64,000 nucleotides of DNA from Azolla caroliniana. Its lineage: Eukaryota > Plantae > Polypodiophyta. Under the pieces are notes generated by a model that searched no databases, was not told where the DNA came from, and worked only from the letters and a program-made list of their open reading frames with translations. Positions 1 to 13,068 of this stretch are shown here, piece after piece. Every line of letters begins with the position of its first letter. The first letter of the stretch is position 1. The stretch spans positions 8,060,001 through 8,124,000 of the forward strand of contig JBHGNT010000015.1 in NCBI GenBank assembly GCA_043228905.1. The letters are read 5' to 3'. A program made the position numbers and the translations under genes.

Positions 1-197
1 CTAACACCTCCGGGCCTATTATGTCCTCTTTTGAGTCTTGAATGTAGATGGATATTTTCCTGCTCAATTATTTATATCTTACAACATATACGTCACATGC
101 CTTATCATTTTGTTTCTTGGTCCATGTTTGACTGTGAGAAATGAGGTTTAAAATAGTAGAAGCTTAATCAAAAAAACTTTAAAACTATGATCTTCAG

Positions 198-425
198 GGC
201 CATGATATTCTCATGGCAACCATGTTGAACGGTGCTGCTATCATGGATGGAGCCCTCCTGTTGATTGCAGGGAATGAGAGCTGCCCTCAACCTCAGACCT
301 CTGAGCATCTTGCAGCTGTTGAAATTATGCGGTTGAAGCACATCATAATATTGCAGAATAAGATTGATCTTATCCAAGAAAGTGTGGCTCTGAACCAGCA
401 TGAGTCGATTCAAAAATTTATACAG
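198..425 (+). CDS. eIF2gamma: eIF2 gamma subunit, internal exon (gene begins upstream of window)
   Basis: [38 protein letters not shown]...LQNKIDL (G-domain; NKxD motif). cag| acceptor at 195-197, |gt donor at 426, phase 0. Confidence 0.95.
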
Positions 426-516
426 GTGCTCTTTGTTTACTCTACTTAACTTCATAATTCATGCATAGGTGAAGCTTCTGTAAGCATGAATACTTTCATC
501 TGTCTTGGCTTTCCAG

Positions 517-735
517 GGAACTATTGCAGATGGGGCTCCTGTGGTTCCAATTTCAGCCCAGCTGAAATATAACATAGATGTTGTATGCGAATATATAGTT
601 AACAAAATTCCTATACCGGAGCGTAATTTTATAGATCCTCCAAACATGATAATCATCCGTTCATTTGATGTCAATAAGCCTGGTGCTGAAGTGGATGAGA
701 TCAAAGGTGGAGTTGCTGGTGGAAGTATTTTGAAG
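517..735 (+). CDS. eIF2gamma: eIF2 gamma subunit, internal exon
   Basis: [27 protein letters not shown]...RSFDVNKPG...[10 protein letters not shown]; AG/GT boundaries, 219 nt in frame. Confidence 0.95.
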
Positions 736-915
736 GTACATGTGTTACCAATATTTTGAATTTAATGAGTGACAAATTTCTCTATTTTTTACATGAACAA
801 TGGAACTCTATTTTAATACCGTTTTGCTTGCCTATCGTAATTCAGATTTGAAGCTAAGATATTCAGTATTTCTTTGGTGGTTTTTTCATGAATTGAACTC
901 ACTATTTCTCTGCAG

Positions 916-1176
916 GGTGTGTTGAAGGTTGGCCAGAAAATTGAAGTGCGGCCTGGAATTGTTGTGAAAGACGAAAGTGGAAATATCAAATGTACTCCCA
1001 TCTTTTCTAGGATAATCTCACTCTATGCAGAACAGAATGAACTGCAGTTTGCTGTTCCTGGAGGACTTATAGGCGTTGGCACAACTGTAGATCCCACATT
1101 GACTCGAGCAGACAGGCTTGTTGGCCAAGTTTTAGGTGAAGTTGGGGTACTTCCAGATGTCTTTGTGGAGCTGGAG
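916..1176 (+). CDS. eIF2gamma: eIF2 gamma subunit, internal exon
   Basis: [16 protein letters not shown]...[29 protein letters not shown]; AG/GT boundaries, 261 nt. Confidence 0.95.
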
Positions 1177-1366
1177 GTTTGGTTTGTTCCCTTTATAACT
1201 AAAAGGCTGAAATCCAAATGACATTTTAGTGAATGAGCCAAGATTCTGGCTGATGCATGAAATAGTAGGAATTCTAGAGAAGTATTCTGTAGCAGTTATC
1301 CCTATGTGTTTTCGAGTTATGCAATTCAACTGGCATCTTTTGAATATGAAGGCATCTTTTTTCCAG

Positions 1367-1666
1367 GTGAACTTTTTCCTGTTACGTCGACTTTTGGGTG
1401 TGAAAACCAAAGGTGCAGAGAAGCAAGGAAAAGTGACCAAGCTGACTAAAGGAGAAGTGCTGATGCTCAACATTGGGTCTATGTCCACGGGCGCTCGTGT
1501 ACTTGCAGTGAAGAATGATCTCGCAAAGCTTCAACTTACGTCTCCTGTTTGCACTAGCAAAGGAGAGAAAGTTGCCTTGAGTCGGAGAGTTGAGAAGCAT
1601 TGGCGTCTCATTGGATGGGGTCAAATTCAGGCAGGGCTAGTGCTGGATATGCCAGCAGCAGTGTAA
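1367..1666 (+). CDS. eIF2gamma: eIF2 gamma subunit, last coding exon
   Basis: [14 protein letters not shown]...[20 protein letters not shown], stop TAA at 1664-1666; ttccag acceptor. Confidence 0.95.
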   Translation: MNFFLLRRLLGVKTKGAEKQGKVTKLTKGEVLMLNIGSMSTGARVLAVKNDLAKLQLTSPVCTSKGEKVALSRRVEKHWRLIGWGQIQAGLVLDMPAAV

Positions 1667-3657
1667 GAAAGGCATTAGACTGTCATTATCATTAAAAAAA
1701 GAAGAGTCTTACAGCCAGAGCAGCAGTAGCTATATGGTTTGGTTTGGAATTAGGGAATTGCTAGGTACAATTTTTGTGAGGTGGAGAAAATGAAAAAAAT
1801 TGTCTAATCTTTTATTTTTTAATCTAATGAGTTACCCTTCTATAATTATTCGAAGCAGACAGATGTGAATGTATGCCTATTTATCTATAGGCTGGATAGA
1901 TGAATGTAGATGCTTCATGCAATGTTACTGTTTTGATGCAATGTTGGTTATTTGTTTGACTAGATAGGTAAAGGTGCTGCGATAATGTGATGACAAGCTT
2001 TTGTTATCTTTTTTGTAAGATTTGATTAATTCAAATATGTTGCGATCAACACCTTCCCTTGAAGTAGCTGTAACTCAAATCATGATTGGGTTACACAATA
2101 CACCCCACTGGATTTCTTTTCTCTAAGCAAAATAACATGTCAATTGTGTGTTTTGATGTTTTTTGATATCTGTAATGAAGAGATCTTTAGCTGGTCACAA
2201 TACGTGCCCTTGCACTCCAATTTGTTTGAGCAGCTCTCAAGTTTATGAGGTTGTAGTTTTGGAAACTGCAATGTCTCGTGAAAATATAGCAAATCAAAAG
2301 TCCTAGCATTTCAACGCTCTAACACAAATAGATTCAGTAAAACTTTTTATTGCAAAGCAACAAATATTCATGAGACATTCTTCTCCATAAAGAAATCCTA
2401 ATTGAGGCTTGGGATCAACTTCACTTGAAGACAGCCACGTCTCTAATTATTGATATGTTTTTTATGCATCATTATCAATGTGCTGCCTGTGCCACTTCCT
2501 GTCACAATTTGTCATGTATTGCAATATTATTAATACGTACATTGTAATCTTAGGATAACTAGGTAATTAATCTCATGTGGGAATATGAGATGTGCCAATC
2601 AGTATTGCATAGTCCATCCATATCAATGACATGAAAAAGGGTAATCACCTAGAAAATAACTGCCAGATTGGGGTAATTGAAATGGGCTGGATGTTAAGGA
2701 ACTTATATGTCAAATTTCTTATTTGAACAACAAATCGAATCAACGAGAGATATCCATGATCCTCAAGGAACTTGGGCTCTTTTTCAAGGATTGTGTAGGG
2801 TACAAAAATGAAAAAAAAGGATAGTGGAGAAATGGAATGGCAAGGTTCCACTCGAGTCATCAATATATTCTAAATGTTTTAAGAGTTAAAAGCTATTGGT
2901 CCAATAAACACCCATTTCTCTCTTGAAGTGGCTAAACTCTATTAAGTGCATGCTTGATGACTGTATGCTTAAAAAAATGGCATCTTCCATTACTCCAGAC
3001 CATCATATCATACTACAATTCCCACATTTTGTTTATAAAAGCATAAACTACAGGGTTTACATCATTTGCAGTTTTTACAACTTTGATAATGAATATTCAA
3101 TCCATGATCTCAAAATCACATTTGTTCAAGGAATGAAAGAAAGGTTACAATATAACCATCAATGGGCCATATATGAATGCTTGCACATCAGTATTTCTCA
3201 TGCCTACATGGATGTGTGTCCCTAATTACAAGATAATCTACATTTTCTGTGTGAGAACAAGCTTTCATCATTTGTGATGGAGACATCATAATTGCGACTT
3301 TACATAAAACAATCACAGAATCAACTAACTAAATCAAGACAGCTCCAGATCAATGTATTCTTCACATAGGAAATGGACATGAAAGCGTAAAAAAACAGGC
3401 ACAACTTAAGCCTTCATAACCATGAAATGCCAAAGTAAAAAGAAAGTTCGGCATCAAATTTTCCCACAGAGAATGGATATACTTGCAAGAGTAGAATAAA
3501 TCAACCAAATTCACAAAATCATGAACCAATGTAAAAACAAAATTCAGTATGAATGCATTCTTTGAGCCTTGCAAGTAAAGCGCAATGACACAAAAGACTT
3601 GCAGTGTGGTTTACATCTATTACCCTTTCACTGTGGATTTTAATGAAGTATACATAA

Positions 3658-3992
3658 CTAAAATATCTCCACAAAGAGCAAATAAACGTTAAATTTCAAT
3701 TGCCATATAACTTAGCATATAAAATTCCCACCTTACAATGCACTCGATACCACTCATGTTTTGAACCAAGCACACACAAGCCTAAAATCTCTCCCCAAGG
3801 AGCATACAAATGTAAAATTAGAGTTGCCATACTACATTATTATCCTATAAAATTTCTGACTTTCAATGCAATTGATACAGCTCATGTTTTGAACCAAGCA
3901 CACATGCCTAAAATATTTCCACAAACAGCATATAAATGTTAAATTTGAGTCGCCTATAAAATTTCCACCTTTCAATGCAATCCATACAGCTC
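3658..3992. repeat. Degenerate tandem repeat, ~125-bp unit, ~2.7 copies
   Basis: Units start near 3658, 3781 and 3908 (ctaaaatatctccacaaa.agca.ataaa.gttaaattt..gttgcc...; ctcatgttttgaaccaagcacaca occurs twice). Confidence 0.75.
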
Positions 3993-4795
3993 AATTTTAT
4001 TTCCCCAACATAATGAAGGGGAAAAACACCTGTTTATTTGCATGGCTCTGCATGAACTGTGCAGAGCAAAAGAAGGATATTACAAACAAATTGGGATCAT
4101 ACATACATGATTTTAAGGATCCTATAGCTATTATGTACAAATTGACTCGGTTTTATATTCCGGATCAAGACAACTAGAAGGGCACAAGGGGACACAGTTC
4201 CCTCCCTTGACTAAGACTAAGACAAGTCAAGACAAATTACAAGGTCTCAAGGAAAGTGTGTGAACATCTTTACAAAGTGTGAACATCTTTACAGTGTGTT
4301 TCCATTTAACATCCAACCATGAAACAAAAAAATTTAAAACCTTTTCATGTCGCAATCCACTGCAGAGGTATCGGGGCCCAAAGAAAAGCCCTTCCTTCTC
4401 TTTCCAAAAACATCCTACAGATTATAATGTTAGACAAGGTTCTTAGGTTTTGCTTTAAGAAGTTCAAAACTAGCAAGTGCGTAGAAGTTGCAGCTCCGGT
4501 AACAACCCTTTCCATACAGCATAAAGCTGTTGTGGTCATCTTTAGGCACAGCAATATGGGCATAAAGAACATGACTCCCACGTTGCCCATCACATTGTTA
4601 TCCACAAGAGGTCGTATTCCTAAACATAATCACAATCAGTGGAACAACTAACAACGATTCCTTTTCCAATATCTTCCAAAAGAAATATAATTTCTTCATA
4701 TGCAGAAAGAAGCTTACAGTTACCCAACTTGTCTTTGGACATTCTCAAGCTTATAAGCAAAATTTCATTCAACAACCTTGATCGACGACACGCAA

Positions 4796-7015
4796 TTATA
4801 GTTCTCGATCGGCCACACGGCGTCTCTTCCCATAATCATCTTCCCTTGGCCTCTGCCTTGGATCATCTTCTTCCTCTTCCATAACTCGACTCTTGGTTCT
4901 CACCCTTACTGGCCGCTCTCTTTCCCAATCTTCATCCTTTTCTCGGTCTCTATCTCTATCCCTCTGATCCTTGTAACCTTCCTTATCCTTTTCTCTAAAT
5001 CGTTCTCTTTCCCATTCAACATCCCTATCATAGCTACGATGTCTATCAGGCAAATCCCCACTTTCCTTGTCCCATGCACCCCCACTTACTCTACTCTTTT
5101 CATGACTGGCCATCTCACTACCATAGCCATATTCTATGCCAACTCCATCTTCAGCAAAGCTTCCATCCCTACCTCCTCTTCTATCATACTCCTCACCACT
5201 CCATCCACCAAGGGATGCATCCCCCCACATTCCTTGAGGACCTTCCATACCACCTCCCGACATCAATCCCATCCCAGCTGGTGCAACAGATCTACCAAAA
5301 AAAGCTGGATTAACATGAGGTGCAACTCCAGGAAGAGCCCCTGGACCTAATCCAGGAAATGGTCCCACAATACCAGAGAATGGTGGCCCAGGCATCACAT
5401 AACCCCCATAGGCAGCTCCCCCCCTCCCCAAAGGCATATATGAAGTATCATATCCTTGGCCCATCATAGCCTGATGCATCATCATTGCTGATTGATGACT
5501 ACCCACAGGTCCTTGCCCATATGGCATCCCTGCCGCAGAGGGCATACCGCCACTATTCATTCCTTTACCCATATAACTTCCCCTGCCCCTTCCACTACTA
5601 GATTGTCCTCCTCTGCCTTGTCCATGCCCACTCCTACCAGTTCCCATTCTTCCGTAACCTCGATTATTGTCCCTATCCTGGTAAGAAAGCCCTCCTCCTC
5701 CTCCTCCTCCTCCTCCTCTCCCACCACCACTCCCACTACTGCCCATACCTCTCCTATATGGCATCTGGTCTTGCTGTGTCTGGATTTGTGCTTGTGTTTT
5801 CTTCTCTTGTTGATGACCCATTTGTTGGATACTCCTTGCATTTCCAAGTGCAACAACACACGGGCGATCATGAAACTTTCTCCCGTTCATCCCTTCTTTG
5901 CAAGCAACTGCAGCACCAGAATCATAAAACTCCACTTGACAGTAACCCTTGGACTTACCACTCACTCTTTCCTCAAAGAACTTGAGATTCTTCACTCTCC
6001 CATACTCTGATAAAGCAGCTTCAAGTTCTGCATCAGTCGCCCACCAGTGCAAATCTCCAATAAATAGCATTGCACCACCATCACCAGAATATGGTGGATG
6101 GGTGGGTTGCAATACAGCTTGCTTATACTCATTATCTACCACATTGGGCGATACATCCCTTTGTCCAGGCCGCTGTGATGCAACTGTTATGCCCCGTGTT
6201 CTATCATATGGCATATCACTGAGTCCAGCCCTTTCTTTAGGGATTATTACATCCAATACTTCCCTATTCAATGGACCCCTGGAAGGTCCGGTTGTGGTTT
6301 GAACATTCATTCTATGAGAAGGTTGCGAAACTGGGTCGACGTGTCCATCTCCAGAAGCTTTATCTTCATAGGAAGAAGCTTGTTTCTCAAGTTTGTAGAC
6401 ATTATCCGTCTCTTTTCTGGTGGAAGAAAGGAAAAATTGCATCTGACCTCTTTGGCCGACATCCTTTCCACTCTGCGAAAAAGTAGGCAATGTCGAAACA
6501 ATGTTTGTTTGTTGTATAGACGGCTTATACTCGATCTCCTGCTTCGTCACAGAAATAGACATTGTTCCTTTTTCCTGTTCTGTTATAGTTCGTATTGGCT
6601 CCTCGTTTGGATGCTGAAAGCTCCCATAATGCTGCAAATTTGACTGGTTAAAAGTACCAGTTTCAAACTTTTTCTCATCATGATCTAAAGACGCCTTCTT
6701 TTCTTCAAGAATTTCCTCATGAATCTGCTGCGCATTAGGCTGATTAATCACAGAGCTTTCGGAAAACTGCTTCTTTTCATCCAATAAAGAAGTCTTTTTC
6801 TTCTCTTGGATAACTTCTTCACCATACATCGTCACCATGCCATATCCATCTGGTTGCTTCACAGATGATGCTTCAGCTTGAAAGAAGCCTATATTTACAT
6901 CATCATACAGATCCTCATACTCTTCTTCTTCGGCTATTTCGTCTTTAGTTTCATGAGCCGCCTCGTCTTCTCCGTAGTCAACCTCATCCTCTCCTCCGTT
7001 ATAAGCGTATGACAT
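4796..7015 (-). CDS. CPSF6: Cleavage factor Im large subunit (CFIm68/CFIm59, CPSF6/7-like) RRM protein, 739 aa, intronless CDS
   Basis: Acidic N-terminus EEYEDLYDDVNIGFFQ; RRM MLFIGDLHWWATDAELE...FFEERVSGKSKGYCQVEF; Gly/Pro-rich region with GVAPHVNPAFF; RD/RE-rich C-terminus ending DDYGKRRR. Confidence 0.88.
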   Translation of the reverse strand: MSYAYNGGEDEVDYGEDEAAHETKDEIAEEEEYEDLYDDVNIGFFQAEASSVKQPDGYGMVTMYGEEVIQEKKKTSLLDEKKQFSESSVINQPNAQQIHEEILEEKKASLDHDEKKFETGTFNQSNLQHYGSFQHPNEEPIRTITEQEKGTMSISVTKQEIEYKPSIQQTNIVSTLPTFSQSGKDVGQRGQMQFFLSSTRKETDNVYKLEKQASSYEDKASGDGHVDPVSQPSHRMNVQTTTGPSRGPLNREVLDVIIPKERAGLSDMPYDRTRGITVASQRPGQRDVSPNVVDNEYKQAVLQPTHPPYSGDGGAMLFIGDLHWWATDAELEAALSEYGRVKNLKFFEERVSGKSKGYCQVEFYDSGAAVACKEGMNGRKFHDRPCVVALGNARSIQQMGHQQEKKTQAQIQTQQDQMPYRRGMGSSGSGGGRGGGGGGGGGLSYQDRDNNRGYGRMGTGRSGHGQGRGGQSSSGRGRGSYMGKGMNSGGMPSAAGMPYGQGPVGSHQSAMMMHQAMMGQGYDTSYMPLGRGGAAYGGYVMPGPPFSGIVGPFPGLGPGALPGVAPHVNPAFFGRSVAPAGMGLMSGGGMEGPQGMWGDASLGGWSGEEYDRRGGRDGSFAEDGVGIEYGYGSEMASHEKSRVSGGAWDKESGDLPDRHRSYDRDVEWERERFREKDKEGYKDQRDRDRDREKDEDWERERPVRVRTKSRVMEEEEDDPRQRPREDDYGKRRRVADREL

Positions 7016-7245
7016 ATCGCTCCAAAGTACTGACAGATACAGAGAGAAGGAAGAAGAAGAGGTCTTACCTGGATTAGTTCTGAGTACACAGATCGATCGT
7101 CCTTGCAGAGTGGCAGACTATTCTTTCTGAACCCAAATCATGGAAAAGCTTTAGTTTCTTCGGTGCTTTCACAATCCATGGAAACCGTAACGATGATGGA
7201 AGAAGAAGCAGAAGACGACCATAGCGGAGGAGTTGTCTGTAGCGG

Positions 7246-7254
7246 AAACCCTAA
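7246..7254. promoter_or_regulatory. Telo-box (AAACCCTAA) upstream of the CPSF6-like gene
   Basis: Exact motif ~230 nt upstream of the ATG; common near the TSS of plant RNA-processing/translation genes. Short, so could be chance. Confidence 0.4.
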
Positions 7255-7388
7255 TTCGCAGAAGTCAAGAAGGAAGCACCACCCCCAATTTGGGAACAGG
7301 GGAATTTGAGCATGTGTGAAACCGAAACGGACGGATACGGAATCCCACTTCTACTACTTCTGTGTCCGATGGATAATCAATCAATCAA

Positions 7389-7391
<3 letters not shown>

Positions 7392-7420
<29 letters not shown>
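7392..7420. repeat. (TACA)7 microsatellite
   Basis: tacatacatacatacatacatacatacat. Confidence 0.9.
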
Positions 7421-7643
7421 TTTAGAGTCTCTAAGTCGACTCGCCCCTTCAAACTCAACTTTCGGCTTTCGGCTTTGGTCTTGGTGTCCGGCTTTCAGCT
7501 TTCACTCCCCGTCAAGCTCGGCAAGTCGGAGGTCGAAAGACCAAGGTCCTTCGATCATTGCCGAAGCTTTCTCGGCCCTTAGTGCTTTCGTGAAGATGTC
7601 AGTTGTTTGAAGATTCATGTTGATGTGTTGAAGATTGGCATCC
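7421..7643 (-). mobile_element. Ty1/Copia 3'-end relic (RNase H C-terminus, PPT, start of 3' LTR)
   Basis: Minus strand GDANLQHINMNLQTTDIFTKAL (Copia ADIFTKAL motif), then gagcttgacggggag PPT and TG at 7504. Left limit uncertain. Confidence 0.7.
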
Positions 7644-8135
7644 CCGGGAGCATGCGTTCGCCGGCTTGACGCCCGCATTCTCTCTCCCCTTGATCTCTTG
7701 CACTCCTTGATCCAAGGCCCCCGCGGTCCCGCCTTAGTTTCTCGCACGTAAGCGAAACAACACGACATCAATTTGGTGAACTCGACGTGAAACAAGGCGG
7801 CAAAGGAGTCGAAGATGAGGGGATCTGAGCTTGCCGAAGCCATGGCGGCAGCTGTTGATCGGATAGTGAATGATCGTGAGGGCACGGGCGCCCTCGACTG
7901 GGCCATAGAAGCGATTGTCGGCACAATAGGCCGGTTCGGTGGGAAGAATGCCACAAGCTATTTGGAGGCCTACCGAGCCAAGATGGTGATGAGGGACATC
8001 CCGGAGGACAGGCGATTGGCCGGATTCCCTCGGGTGGTGACGATGGGCATCCATGCAAAGGTGCTCGAGGTATAGGCTGGGTGCCGGACTTGGGGAGAAT
8101 TCGAAGGGCGGCTCCTCGAAAAATACGGGCTCGAT

Positions 8136-8459
8136 TGTCGAATACAAATGTATAATGGACGTATTCACACTATCCTCTTAGAGAGCCCAAGTTCGGGCTA
8201 TTTCTGTAAATAACATAAAGGGCAGTTGCCCTAAGTGAGTCACTATATAAAGTGACTTTGTAACCTTTTGTAAAGGTTGGTTGTTCATGGTTGTAACGGT
8301 TGCCCTTTTATGAATATAGATATATTCTTTGTGCCTCTCTCTCTCTCTCTCTCAATGTATGTATTTTGTTCTTCCCTCTCTCATACCCAGGTAATTTCTT
8401 CCTCACAAATTCATACTGTGTGATCTCTTCCGCACTGACGGCCTTGTCCTTTCCCTACA
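8136..8459 (+). repeat. 5' LTR of Copia B (324 bp)
   Basis: Direct repeat of 13069-13393 with a few substitutions and indels. Confidence 0.95.
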
Positions 8460-9152
8460 TTTGGTATCAGAGCTTGGATGTCCTTCATCCCGCTGCCGGC
8501 CGCCATTCGAATATTTGGATCACAACATTTTGTTTTTTTTGTTTTGTATTTGAAGAAACAGAGAAGAGAGAAGAAGAAGAAAAATGAGGCTTGCATCTCA
8601 TCGCGTTAGATCATCTTCGCTTGGAGTAAGCTAGCCGGCTGTACTCTGTTCCTAGTGATCGTAACCACTCGAGGTGAAATCCCCTTGTGCAACATTGACA
8701 CAATCGTGCTCCACTCGGTTAAACGGCATTCGAACAGGTCACCGAACGCTGCTCACTGCCCGTTGTAACCACTCGGTGCAGATCGGTCTCAAGACAACAA
8801 CCCCAATTCGTGCTTCATCCGGCTGATCGACATTTGGGAGGATCAATTGGATCCGTCTCTCTTGTCGCTGCAGTCACCCGAAGCAGAATCGGTCCAAATA
8901 ATTGGTATTTGGCATATATATTCAGAAGCGAACTGGGCTCACTCCGACTCGGTAACATTTGGGAAGACCAGTCGGTTCTGTCCCTCGAGTTACCGGAGTC
9001 AATTCAAGCAAGTTCAACAATACATATATCCGAAACCGAACCGACTCAGGTTCAAATCCGACTAGAATGATATCGGGTGAGCCGATCGACTGCACTCCAA
9101 CAAGGTTCGTAGTCAACTCCGAACCGAGCTTCGTCAACTGAAACCGAATCTG

Positions 9153-12100
9153 ATGGCATCAACATCTGGCTCATCGGAAATGAGTCTAAGGAGGTTCGAC
9201 GGTTCGAACTTCAATTTTTGAAAGGAGCAAATGTAGGACTATCTTATAGTCAAGGGTCAGATCGATCCGATTGAGAATGAAACTGCTCCAGAAATATACA
9301 AGGCAAATGAGTGGCAGAAGCTGGACAGAATCGTCCGCGCCACGATTCGGATGCACCTGTCGGAGTCAGTATACTTCACAGTGCAATCGTGCACGACAAC
9401 CTTCGAACTTTGGAAGAAGTTGTCGGAAACCTACGAAAAGAAGGTCGCCTCAACGAAGATGTATTTGATCCGGCGCCTCTACAACCTGCGGATGAAAGAC
9501 TCCGATTCAGTTCAGGCACACCTTAACGAGTACGAAAGTTTGAGCTCCCAAATCTCGTCACAGGGGATGACAATCGAGGATGAACTCAGAGCAATGATAC
9601 TCATGAGCAGTCTCCCCTCCTCTTGGGAAACCTTCGTTACAACTGTGTGCAACGCTTCTACGACTGCCATCAAGTACTCCGAAGTCACAAGTGCAATCAT
9701 GACTGAAGCAGCTCGGAGAAAGTCTTTCACCAAAGACTCGGCAGAAGAAGCCTATGTAGTACAAGGTTCGACCGACTGATCGAAAAACCGGGGATGAAGT
9801 TCTTCCCGACCGCCGACAAATCAGCGAAGCCGCAACAAGTCCCGGGAAACCCGAATCTGCAACTACTGCAAGAAACCGGGACACATCAAGGCCGACTATC
9901 GGGTACTCAAGTCAAAGACAGACAAAGCTCAGAGAGCTGATAAGAGGAGTAACCGACATGAGGAAGTCAACTACGTCGGCTCTTCAGCCGAGATATTGAC
10001 GACCGACCCGAACATATTTTCCATAGAGAATCCAGTCGAATCAGAAGTTCTGCTTATGACTGAGGAATCGAGCACATGGCTTCTGGACTCGGGCGCGTCG
10101 TATCACGTGATACCTCACCGATCACAGTTTCGGCAATATTCAGACCGGCACTCCGACTCAGTTCGAGTCGGAAATTTGCAGCACTATGCTATCATTGGAA
10201 TCGACACCTATCCAGAGCCGGATACATCCCGAAACTCTCCTTCTCGGACCATCAGTTTTGCGAGCATTGCCAGTACGGCAAACAGGTAGCCGCATCACAC
10301 CCGACATCAGCACCAAGAGAGTCGAGCCTGCTCGATTTGGTCCACTCGGACGTCTGTGGCCCGATGCCACATTAGTCACTCGGTGGTGCCTCGTACTTCG
10401 TCAGTTTCATTGACGACTCGACTCGGAAGGTGTGGGCTTACCCCATCAGAACCAAAGATCAGGTGTTCTCGATCTTCTCAGATTGGCTCGCAATGGTCGA
10501 AAACCAGACCGGTCGGAAACTGAAGTGTCTCCGAACTGACAATGGAGGTGAGTTCAAATATGATGAATTCGTCAAATTTTGCTGAGAACACGGCATTAGA
10601 CGTGAATATACGACACCATATAGTCCGGAGCAGAACGGAATCGCAGAATGCATGAATCAGACGATTCAAGAACGCGTTGTATCCATGCTCCAACACTCCG
10701 GACTGTCAGATGGCTTCTGGGCAAAGGCTCTACTCACGGCAGTACACATAATCAATATGTCGCCAAGTAGACCTCTAGGACTTAAGATACCTCAGGAAAT
10801 ATGGACCGACAGAAAGCGGAATTATGATAAGCTGAGGATTTTCGGTTGTGAGGCATACGCCCTCATACCGAAAGACGACCGTCGAAAACTCGAACCGAGA
10901 TCAAGGAAATGCGTTTTCATCGGGTATGGACCCGACGGCGAGATCGGATACCGACTCTGGGACCCCGAGCACAGGCAAATCGTCCGAAGTTCGGACGTCG
11001 TGTTCAACGAGTCGACTATGCACAAAACGGCCGAAAGGCCTATTGAAGTCCGAAGGGTAATATTTTCCGAAGTGCCAACCCTTCATGACGGCCCAACACA
11101 CAACACGAGACCGGTTTCATGGGTAACCGACTTCTCTCACACCGAATCCACAGATTCGGCACAGCCGAATGGCTCGGCTTCCGACCATCCAACATTGACA
11201 CCCGGTGCGACCAGTCCAATCATACCTCGAAGATCCGAGAGACTGTCACAACCTCCGGAGAGGTACTCTCCCGGAATTTTCTTCACCAACGTCGGCGAAC
11301 CTACGTCCTACGAAGAAGCATTGGTAGCTGCCGATTCAGCCACCTGGCGTATGGCAATGGAGTTGGAAATGCACTCCATCCGCGCCAACAAGACTTGGGA
11401 TCTGGTCGACTTACCGAAGAATCGACGTGCTCTTCCTTGCAAGTGGGTCTATAGACTAAAGGAGACGTCCGACTCGACCACCCCAAAGTACAAGGTCAGA
11501 TTAGTTGCGAAGGGATTTCGACAGGAATATGGCGTCGACTTCGACGAAATCTTTTCACCAGTGGTGAAAATGACCACCCTTCGTTTCATGCTCGGTGTTG
11601 TGGCTGCCGACAATTTGGAGCTGATTCAGCTAGATGTGAAAACGGCATTCCTCCACGGTGATCTAAAGGAGGAAATCTACATGGAGCAGCCGAAAGGCTT
11701 TGTGGCCACCGGTCAGGAACATCTAGTCTGCCGACTCAGGAAGAGTCTCTACGGCCTGAAACAGGCACCCCGACAGTGGTACAAGAAGTTCGACGATTTC
11801 ATCCAGTTGGTCGGCTTCTCCAAGAGCGATGAGGACCACTGCCTCTTCACCAAAACATCTCAAGACGGTTCTCCCGTCTTCCTCATCATCTACGTGGACG
11901 ACATGCTACTCTCCGGTCGGCATACCGGAGAGCTCACCGAACTCGTTCAGAAACTGCGATTGACGTTTGCCATGAAGGACCTCGGTCCGGCAAGACACAT
12001 ACTCGGAATGAAGATTAGTCGGAATCGCGCCAAAAGACAACTTTTTCTGTCTCAAACCGACTACATCGGACGTGTCTTGGAAAGCTTCAACATGCAATTG

Positions 12101-12844
12101 GCCAAGTCTGCTTCAACCCCGCTCCCTGTTCATCTTCGGCTTTCTCAGCGAGACTGCCCGACATCCGGTCCGGCGGGGGAAGACATGAAGTCGGTACTGT
12201 ATGCACCGGCAGTAGGCTCTCTGATGTACGCGATGGTCGCGACACGACCTGATATTTCTCACGCCGTAGGAGTCATCAACAGATTTATGCACAATCCCGG
12301 CCGATCGCACTGGAACGCAGTCAAGCATGTGTTCAGATATTTAGCTGGCACAAAAGACCACGACATCCTTTTCGGTCCGAACTCAACTTCAGGCGTAGCC
12401 GGTTACACCGACTCGGACTTCGCCGACTGTGTGGACAGTTGCAAGTCAACAACCGTATATTGCTTTAAATTCGGCAATGGAGCAATCTCGTGGAAGTCGA
12501 AACTTCAGGAGTGCACAAACACCTCAACAACCGAAGCAGAATATGTAGCTGCCTCCGACGCAGCGAAAGAAGCTTTATGGCTCGGTCGGCTGGCGCACAC
12601 GTTTCGGCAAGTCGACTCCGACTCGACTCTAGTTGTCTACAATGACAGTCAGAGTGCGGTTGCTTTGTCGAAAAATCCGGTTCATCACAACGCCTCCAAG
12701 CATATCGAAGTTCGACATCACTTCGTTCGGGACTGCGTCATTTCCGGGAGAATTGGTTTAGAGAAGATATCCACAACCGATAATGTCGCAGTTGGAATGA
12801 CCAAGTGTCTTTCGGTAGACCGGTTCCGGTCTCTTCGGCAATAG
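9153..12844 (+). pseudogene. Copia B gag-pol with stops, frameshifts and a deletion near 10207
   Basis: WLLDSGAS protease, VHSDVCGP integrase, QLDVKTAFLHG / LYGLKQAPRQW / YVDDML RT, GYTDSDFA RNase H; multiple in-frame stops. Confidence 0.9.
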
Positions 12845-13068
12845 ATGGGCGTAACAACATATCGGTCCAATTGAAGCCGGACATAGTGCAGGACGGTTTC
12901 GGACAACAGACATCGGTTCACTGACGATCGACTTCAGCTTTTCCGACCCGACCAGTTCAGTCTTCTGTCTTCGGATCATGCCGATTCGAACAAAACCGAT
13001 CCGTCTGAGAACCTATGCCTATACCTGTATTTTTTAGATAGCCCATGTATACGCCCATTACGGGGGAG

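Noticed and set aside
4319-4651. ORFs of 110 aa (+) and 86 aa (-) downstream of CPSF6-like
   Set aside because: No recognisable motifs; consistent with chance ORFs in UTR or intergenic DNA.
5690-5717. (CCT)n microsatellite as a separate element
   Set aside because: It encodes the poly-Gly run of the CPSF6-like protein.
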